Assembly (NCBI GenBank): GCA_002402755.1
Contig: DHGK01000125.1
Coordinates: 7,822-46,420, forward strand
From: Planctomycetes bacterium UBA4800
Lineage (GTDB): Bacteria > Planctomycetota > UBA8108 > UBA8890 > UBA8898
DNA: 38,599 nt
Direction of reading: 5' to 3'
Shown: positions 32,926 through 38,599 of the stretch, piece after piece
Position numbering within the stretch: position 1 is the stretch's first letter
How the letters are laid out: each line of letters opens with the position of its first letter
Made by a program: the position numbers and the translations under genes
Notes under the pieces: generated by a model
Database searches by the model: none
The model's input: the letters and a program-made list of their open reading frames with translations, nothing else
What the model was told of the DNA's origin: nothing

Positions 32926-34137
32926 ATGGACGGGGAGCGCGAGCGTCAGGTTGCGTCGATACTCGATGCCGTGCGCCGCGAGGGCGATGCGGCCGTCCGG
33001 CGGTACACGCGGCAGTTCGACGGCGTGGAGATCGCCGGCCTGCGCGTTGCGCGCGACGTCCTCGCGCGCGCGGAGGCCGCGCTGCCGGCGGAGCTTCGCG
33101 AGGCCATGCACGAGGCCGCGGCCCGCATCCGGCGCTTTCACGAGGAATCGCGCCCGCGCGATCGGTTCTTCACGGGGCCCGATGGGGAGCTTCTGGGCGA
33201 GCAGTGGACGGCCCTGGACAGCGTCGGCATCTACGCCCCCGGCGGGCGCGCCGCCTATCCCTCGACCGTGCTCATGGCGGCGATCCCGGCGGGGGTCGCC
33301 GGCGTGCCGCGGATCGCCGTGACGAGCCCTCCGGGCGCGAAGGGCGTGTCGCCGCTCGTCTGCGCGGCGTGCGCCATCGCGGGCGTCGAGGAGCTGTACC
33401 AGGCCGGCGGCGTCCAGGCGATCGGCGCGCTCGCCTACGGCACCGAGTCGATTCCGGCGGTGGACAAGATCGTCGGCCCGGGCAACGCGTACGTGACCTG
33501 CGCCAAGAAGCTCCTGTACGGCACGGTCGGCATCGACTTTCTGGCCGGCCCGAGCGAGGTCGTCGTCATCTTCGACGCGACCGCGCCGGCAGACGCCGTC
33601 GCGGCGGAATTGCTCGCCCAGGCGGAGCACGATCCCGATGCGCGCGTCTTCTGCTTCGCGGCCGGCGATGCGTCCCCCGCGGAGGTCCAGGCTGCCGCCG
33701 GCCGTCTCGGGGAAGGGCTGCCGCCGCATGTCGCGCAGGTTCTCGAGAAGCCGGGGACGTTTCGGAGCTTCCCCGACATCGCATCGGCCGTCGAGGCGTC
33801 GAACGCGGTCGCGCCCGAGCATCTCGCGCTCAAGGTACGCGACCCGCGCGCGGCGCTCGCCCTCGTGCGGTGCGCGGGCGCCGTGATGCTCGGCGGTACG
33901 ACGCCGGTGTGCTTCGCGGACTACTTCGCGGGCCCGAGCCACGTGCTGCCCACGGGCGGCACGGCGCGCTTCAGTTCGGGCCTCGGCACCGCGGACTTCA
34001 TGCGCTGCACGCACGTCGTGCAGGCGCCGGCCGCGTACGCGCGGCGGTGGGGGAAGGTCGTGGCGGCGTTCGCCAGGGCCGAGGGGCTCGAGGCGCACGC
34101 CCGCAGCGCGGAGCGCGCGGCGGAGGCCGAACCATGA
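32926..34137 (+). CDS. hisD: Histidinol dehydrogenase
   Basis: [69 protein letters not shown] and [15 protein letters not shown]. Confidence 0.93.
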   Translation: MDGERERQVASILDAVRREGDAAVRRYTRQFDGVEIAGLRVARDVLARAEAALPAELREAMHEAAARIRRFHEESRPRDRFFTGPDGELLGEQWTALDSVGIYAPGGRAAYPSTVLMAAIPAGVAGVPRIAVTSPPGAKGVSPLVCAACAIAGVEELYQAGGVQAIGALAYGTESIPAVDKIVGPGNAYVTCAKKLLYGTVGIDFLAGPSEVVVIFDATAPADAVAAELLAQAEHDPDARVFCFAAGDASPAEVQAAAGRLGEGLPPHVAQVLEKPGTFRSFPDIASAVEASNAVAPEHLALKVRDPRAALALVRCAGAVMLGGTTPVCFADYFAGPSHVLPTGGTARFSSGLGTADFMRCTHVVQAPAAYARRWGKVVAAFARAEGLEAHARSAERAAEAEP

Positions 34138-35204
34138 AGCCATCGGATCTCGTGCGCCGCGCCGTCGCCGCGGTTCCGGCGTACCGCCTGGTCGAGGAGG
34201 CCGCCGCGGTCAAGCTCAACCAGAACGAATCGCCGTGGGACGTGCCGCCCGACGTCAAGGAGGAGATCTTCGCGCGTCTTCGGGCGCGGCCGTGGAACCG
34301 ATACGCGCAGGAGGCGCCCGGGCGGGTCGCGGCAGCGCTGGCCGAGCTCAACGACTGGCCGGTCGAGGGCATCGTGCTCGGCGGCGGCTCGAACCTGCTG
34401 CTGGAGGCGGCGACGTTCGCGGCGGTGCGGGAGGGGCAGGCGGTCTGCGCGCCGCGCCCCGGGTTCGCCTTGTACGGGCTGCTTGCCGGTCTCGCGGGCG
34501 CGCGGGCGGTGACGATTCCATTCGGGCCGGGTTTCGCCTACGACGCGGATGCCTGGTGCGCGGCCGTGGCGTCGGTGCGGCCGGCGCTCACCTTCCTGTG
34601 CACGCCCAACAATCCGACCGGTTCGTTCATGAACCGCGACGGCGTCCGGGCGGTGGCGGATGCGTGCCCCGGCATCCTCGTCATCGACGAGGCGTACCGG
34701 GAGTTCGCGGGCGAGGATCGCCGCGATGTGCTCGGCGCGTACGACCGCGTGATCCTCTCCAGGACGTTCTCCAAGGCCTTCAGCGCCGCGGGGGTCCGCC
34801 TGGGATACCTGCTCGCGGATCCGGGCCTGGCGGCCGAGATCCGCAAGCTCGTGCCGCCGTTCAACATCAGCATCCTGACGGCGACCGCGGCCGAGGTGAT
34901 GCTCGAGCGTCGCGACCTCTTCAGCGGGCGCGTGGGGGTGCTGTGCGCGGAGCGCGAGCGCGTGCAGGCCGCGCTCGGCGGCATGGCCGGGGTGGCGACG
35001 TTTCCGTCGCGGGCCAATTTCTTCCTGGTTGAAACACCCTACGACGCGGAGGCGCTCGCAGCCGAGATGAAGGCACGGGGGATTCTCGTCCGCACGGGAA
35101 GCGACGAGGAATTACGGCACATGGTCCGGGTGAACGTCGGGACGCGCGAGGAGAACGACCGCTTCCTGGCGGCGCTCGGCGAGCTCATGGGAGGACGGCC
35201 GTGA
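34134..35204 (+). CDS. hisC: Histidinol-phosphate aminotransferase
   Basis: VKLNQNESPWDVP, TPNNPTG, VIDEAY.EF, and the PLP lysine context LSRTFSKAFSAAGVRLGY. The ATG at 34134 overlaps the hisD stop (ATGA). The upstream 310 codons of track ORF 33204.. are shadow sequence over hisD. Confidence 0.92.
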   Translation: MKPSDLVRRAVAAVPAYRLVEEAAAVKLNQNESPWDVPPDVKEEIFARLRARPWNRYAQEAPGRVAAALAELNDWPVEGIVLGGGSNLLLEAATFAAVREGQAVCAPRPGFALYGLLAGLAGARAVTIPFGPGFAYDADAWCAAVASVRPALTFLCTPNNPTGSFMNRDGVRAVADACPGILVIDEAYREFAGEDRRDVLGAYDRVILSRTFSKAFSAAGVRLGYLLADPGLAAEIRKLVPPFNISILTATAAEVMLERRDLFSGRVGVLCAERERVQAALGGMAGVATFPSRANFFLVETPYDAEALAAEMKARGILVRTGSDEELRHMVRVNVGTREENDRFLAALGELMGGRP

Positions 35205-35794
35205 CGACACCGGAACGTACGCGCGATGCCGAGGCGGCGCGCGCCACGAAGGAGACGACGATCAAGGTGCGCCTGCGCCTGGGCAGCCGCGAGACGCGCG
35301 CGGCGACGGGTGTGGGCTTCTTCGACCACCTGCTCACGGCGGCGAGCTTCCACGGCCGCTGGGGCCTGGTCATCGAGGCGGCGGGCGACATTCACGTCGA
35401 TTACCACCACCTGGTCGAGGATGCCGGCCTGGTCATTGGCGGCGCGTTTCGGGACCTGGCCGCCGCGTCGCCGGCGATCGCCCGCTTCGCGAGCGCCTGC
35501 GTGCCCATGGACGAGGCGCTCGCGCACGTGGCGGTGGACGTCTCGGGCCGCGGCGGCGCGCATGTCGATCCCGCGATCGCCGAGGGCGCGGCGCGCGATT
35601 TCGACGCGGGCCTGGTGCGGGAGTTCCTCATCGGGTTCGCGCGCGCCGCGGGGATCACGCTGCACGCGCGCCTGCTCGCCGGCGAGGATACGCACCACCG
35701 GCTCGAGGCGCTCTTCAAGGCGCTCGGCATCTGCATGGCCCGGGCGTTCGAGCCGGCGGAGGGCGGCGTGCCCTCGACCAAGGGCGCGCGGTGA
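35201..35794 (+). CDS. hisB: Imidazoleglycerol-phosphate dehydratase (monofunctional)
   Basis: TKETTIKVRL, TGVGFFDHLL, DYHHLVEDAGLVIG, EDTHHRLEALFKALG and VPSTKG. The GTG at 35201 overlaps the hisC stop (GTGA). Confidence 0.92.
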   Translation: MTTPERTRDAEAARATKETTIKVRLRLGSRETRAATGVGFFDHLLTAASFHGRWGLVIEAAGDIHVDYHHLVEDAGLVIGGAFRDLAAASPAIARFASACVPMDEALAHVAVDVSGRGGAHVDPAIAEGAARDFDAGLVREFLIGFARAAGITLHARLLAGEDTHHRLEALFKALGICMARAFEPAEGGVPSTKGAR

Positions 35795-36528
35795 CGCACG
35801 GCATGCGGTTCATTCCCGGGATCGACCTGCGCGGCGGGCGCATGATCCGCCTGCTGCGCGGCGAGCTCGCCAGGGAGTTCGATTACGAGCCGAGCCCTGT
35901 CGAGTACGCGGCGGCGCTCGTCGAGGCCGGGGCGCGGTACCTGCACGTCATCGACCTGGGCGCGGCGTTCCAGGAGCCGCCGAGCACCGCGGCGATCCGC
36001 GCGATCGTCGCGCGCGCGGGCGTGCCCGTGCAGGTGGGGGGAGGGATCCGGAGCGAGGAGCGGCTCAAGGAGGTGCTCGATGCCGGCGCGGACCGGGTCA
36101 TGCTGGGCACGCGGGCGCTCGCCGATCCGGAGTTCCTGGAGCGCGCGGCGGCGATCGCCGGGCCCGCGCGCGTGATGCCGGGGCTCGACTTCAAGGGCGG
36201 CAAGCTCGCCGTCGACGCGTGGCGCACGACGATCGATGCCGACCCCGCGGCGCTGGGAGCGCGTTTCCGCGCGCAGGGCCTGGAGCGGCTGCTCGTGACG
36301 GCGATCGATCGCGACGGGACGTTCCTGGGGCCGGACGTCGAGCTGTGGCGGGCCGCGGCGGCGATGACGGGAATGCGAGTCATCGGCGCGGGCGGCATCG
36401 GGTCGATGCAGGACCTGGAGAAGATCATCGCCGCGGACATCCCCGGCCTGGAGGGCGTCGTCGCCGGGAGGGCGCTCCTGGAGGGGCGGATCGATCCGGC
36501 CGCGGCCCTGCGGCTGTTCGCGGAGTGA
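35791..36528 (+). CDS. hisA: ProFAR isomerase (HisA)
   Basis: FIPGIDLRGGRMIRLLRG, LHVIDLGAAF, VQVGGGIRS, LGTRAL, LDFKGGKLAVDAW, TAIDRDGTFLGPD and VIGAGGIGS. The GTG at 35791 overlaps the hisB stop (GTGA). Confidence 0.88.
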   Translation: MTHGMRFIPGIDLRGGRMIRLLRGELAREFDYEPSPVEYAAALVEAGARYLHVIDLGAAFQEPPSTAAIRAIVARAGVPVQVGGGIRSEERLKEVLDAGADRVMLGTRALADPEFLERAAAIAGPARVMPGLDFKGGKLAVDAWRTTIDADPAALGARFRAQGLERLLVTAIDRDGTFLGPDVELWRAAAAMTGMRVIGAGGIGSMQDLEKIIAADIPGLEGVVAGRALLEGRIDPAAALRLFAE

Positions 36529-36549
36529 CGCGCGCGGCGGCCGGGCCCG

Positions 36550-37389
36550 TCACGCCATCACGGCGCCGCCGTAACCCACTATTCGGCCGGCCGGATGCTC
36601 CGGAAGGCTGTCGTGGCTCGTGCGGTACTCGATGACGAGGCCGGCCCTCGCGCCCATGGCCCGCGCGGCGGCGACCGCGGCGGCGATCGCGCCGCTCCCG
36701 CAGGCGTTCTGGTGCGCGCGCGCTTCGGCGAGGATCGCGTCGTCCCGCAGCCCGCGCACGAGCGCGAGCATGCGTTCGTCGTTCTCGCGGACGAACCGCA
36801 GCACCTGCGCGGGGTCGCCGGCGGCGGGAGCGAAACCGTAGGACGCGCCGTAGTGCGTCAGGTCGCTGGACGCAACGACGACGGCGCGCAGTCCCGCGAG
36901 CGCCGCGCCGAGCGCGGCGCCGAACGCAGGTGCGCCGGGAAACGGCGGGCAGGCAATCGGCACGATGCGTGCCTCCGGAAAGAAGTGCCGGACGAAGGGA
37001 AGCGACACCTCGATGGAGTGCTCGCCCTCGTGCGCGCCGGGGTCCTCCTCGATGCCGATGCCGGCCCGGCGGAGCTCGTCGAGGAGGACCGCATCGACGG
37101 AGATCGGGCCGAGCGGCGTGTCCCATGCCTCGGCGGTATCGACCGCCGGCGCGTCGAGCGGACGGCGGTGCACGGCGCCGAGGAACACGAACGTCGCGGG
37201 GGCGGCCGGCGCGAGCGCGAGGAAGACTCTCGCGGCGGTGCGTCCCGAGAAGCACCAGCCGGCGTGGGGCACGACCGCGGCGCAGGCGCCGGGAAGCGGC
37301 GGCGGCGCGAAGCCGCGCACGTACTCGTCGATCGTCGCGGCCGAAGCCTCGGGATAGAAGCTCCGCGCGCAGGTTTTTCGCGTCGTCAT
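36550..37389 (-). CDS. MEMO1-family protein (AmmeMemoRadiSam system protein B)
   Basis: ARSFYPE..., VVPHAGWCFSGRTAA, EGEHSIEVSLPFV, SSDLTHYG and NACGSGAI. I prefer the ATG at 37389 (MTTRK...) over 37446. Confidence 0.8.
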   Translation of the reverse strand: MTTRKTCARSFYPEASAATIDEYVRGFAPPPLPGACAAVVPHAGWCFSGRTAARVFLALAPAAPATFVFLGAVHRRPLDAPAVDTAEAWDTPLGPISVDAVLLDELRRAGIGIEEDPGAHEGEHSIEVSLPFVRHFFPEARIVPIACPPFPGAPAFGAALGAALAGLRAVVVASSDLTHYGASYGFAPAAGDPAQVLRFVRENDERMLALVRGLRDDAILAEARAHQNACGSGAIAAAVAAARAMGARAGLVIEYRTSHDSLPEHPAGRIVGYGGAVMA

Positions 37390-37480
37390 GGCGTGCGCTC
37401 CGGCGCCGTTCGGATCGAGTCCGGACCGGCGCACGCCAGGATACATCGCCGCGCCCGATGACGCGAGCCCGCGCGGCGCG

Positions 37481-38104
37481 TCACCCGGGTCCTCGCCGCG
37501 CGACGTACTCCTTGAGGTTGGACCGGTGGCGGTACAGGACCAGCGCGGACAGGAGCACGCACAGTCCGCCCACGAGCGCCGTCTCGTCCGCCGGACGGCC
37601 GCGGCAGAGGAAGAACGCGGGCGGGAGCGCCGCCGCGGCGGCCGAGGATGCGACGCCCACGGTGCGCGTCAGCGCGAACACGGCGAACCACACGGCGGCG
37701 GCGACCGCAGTCTCCAGGGGCAGCAGCGCGCTCAGTGCGCCGGCCGTCGTTGCCACGCCTTTGCCGCCGCGGAACCCGAGGAAGGGGCTGTAGAGATGAC
37801 CTGCGACCGGCGCGAGCGCAAGCAACACCGTTGCCGCGAGCACCGAGGCCCGTCCCATCGGCGCAACGGCGAGCGCCGGCGCCGCGAACATGAGCGGCGC
37901 GAAGCCCTTTGCGAAGTCCAGCGCGAACGCGAGAGGGAAGTAGCGCCAGCCGCACACGCGGCCGAGATTCGTGGCGCCGACGTTGCCGCTGCCTCGCGTG
38001 CGGATGTCGATGCCCTTGAGGACGAAGCCCAGGAGCAGGCTGAAAGGAACGCCGCCGAGCGCGTAGGCGCCCAGGACGGCAAGGCCCGCGGCGAGGGGGG
38101 TCAT
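37481..38104 (-). CDS. plsY: Glycerol-3-phosphate acyltransferase PlsY
   Basis: GAYALGGVPFSLLLG, GSGNVGATN, DFAKG and GFRGGKGVAT. I prefer the ATG at 38104; an in-frame GTG at 38113 is an alternative. Confidence 0.9.
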   Translation of the reverse strand: MTPLAAGLAVLGAYALGGVPFSLLLGFVLKGIDIRTRGSGNVGATNLGRVCGWRYFPLAFALDFAKGFAPLMFAAPALAVAPMGRASVLAATVLLALAPVAGHLYSPFLGFRGGKGVATTAGALSALLPLETAVAAAVWFAVFALTRTVGVASSAAAAALPPAFFLCRGRPADETALVGGLCVLLSALVLYRHRSNLKEYVARRGPG

Positions 38105-38125
38105 CGACCGCACCCGGCGCCGGCG

Positions 38126-38599
38126 CTACGCGTCCGAAAGCCCCTCGTCATCCCCGGCCTTCTTCTTTTTCTTCTTCATCCACGAGAGCTGCTTGACCGT
38201 GAACAGCCAGCGAATCTCTCCCGGGGGGGCTTCGCGCCAGTCGTCGATGTCGATGCGGGCCAGCCCGCCCTTCTTGATGCCGACCCTGCCGCGCGCGCCG
38301 GCGGTGATCAGGAGGCCGGCGAGCTGTCCGAGGTAAGGCTGATGGCCGATGAGCAGCACCTGCTCGTGCGCGAGGGACTTGAGCACCTCGGCCATGTCCT
38401 CTGGCGCGGCGGTCGGGGCAAGCTCCTCGACGGCCTCGACGTCGCCGGTGAACCCCAGCTCCTCGGCGATGATGCGCGCGGTCTGGACCGCGCGCGCGAG
38501 GGGGCTCGTGAAGATGCGCTCCGGGAACACTTCCAGGCGCCGGAGCCCGCGGCACGCCTTGTGGAGGCGTGCCGCGCCCTTGTCCGTCAAGGCGCGATC
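38126..38599 (-). CDS. sixA: Histidine-phosphatase-family protein, SixA-like; 5' end outside window
   Basis: The frame is open to the window edge (...DRALTDKGAARL...). IFTSPLARAVQTA and LLIGHQPYLGQL match the SixA layout. The unusual C-terminal tail reads WMKKKKKKAGDDEGLSDA. The track start at 38590 is a TTG and probably internal. Confidence 0.7.
   Translation of the reverse strand, partial: DRALTDKGAARLHKACRGLRRLEVFPERIFTSPLARAVQTARIIAEELGFTGDVEAVEELAPTAAPEDMAEVLKSLAHEQVLLIGHQPYLGQLAGLLITAGARGRVGIKKGGLARIDIDDWREAPPGEIRWLFTVKQLSWMKKKKKKAGDDEGLSDA

Noticed and set aside
33204-34133. 310-codon N-terminal extension of the hisC ORF, and similar extensions (16041-16190, 16436-17278, 17443-17976, 20259-20807, 30766-31041)
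   Set aside because: The extensions overlap the preceding, well-supported genes in another frame and are Arg/Gly/Pro-rich. Each real protein begins where recognisable family sequence, an SD site or a stop-start overlap appears.
1-38599. Mobile elements, prophage, CRISPR arrays, defence islands, rRNA/tRNA genes
   Set aside because: I saw no integrase, transposase or recombinase motifs. I saw no direct-repeat/spacer periodicity and no terminal inverted repeats flanking a gene block. I could not build any cloverleaf. Gene content is mostly core metabolism and envelope functions with uniform high GC, apart from short intergenic AT islands and the DUF2203-like gene.

Overview
Very GC-rich bacterial chromosomal segment. 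By eye it is about two-thirds or more G+C; I did not compute this. Stop codons are rare, so the six-frame track is full of long Arg/Ala/Pro-rich shadow ORFs. I called about 33 genes from recognisable protein motifs, Shine-Dalgarno (SD) sites and start/stop overlaps. No rRNA, tRNA, CRISPR array, transposase or integrase is visible.

Gene order:
- An edge-truncated TPR/thioredoxin-fold lipoprotein on the minus strand. It is missing from the ORF track.
- coaD-ridA-mtaB-udg (family 4).
- A five-gene envelope operon (5120-15391) bounded by a consensus promoter and a UUCG-tetraloop terminator. It encodes a PilM-PilN fusion, two bitopic membrane proteins and two tandem paralogous secretins. Each secretin has an N-terminal TPR-like module, and the second is a predicted lipoprotein.
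- HAD phosphatase, GT4 glycosyltransferase, SAM methyltransferase and a large GT-C/TPR membrane protein, followed by rsmE. Most junctions in this chain overlap.
- rplM-rpsI, an FAD-dependent oxidoreductase and a second HAD hydrolase.
- A minus-strand pair of secreted proteins with their own consensus promoter. One has cohesin-like modules and the other is a beta-propeller protein. Both share a Cys-containing dockerin-like C-terminal module.
- A DUF2203-like gene.
- trxB-queD-CYTH-hisG-hisD-hisC-hisB-hisA.
- A MEMO-family gene, plsY and a truncated sixA on the minus strand.

The leads most worth following are the PilMN/double-secretin operon, the cohesin/dockerin-like pair, the possible protein-glycosylation module and the overlapping queD-CYTH pair.
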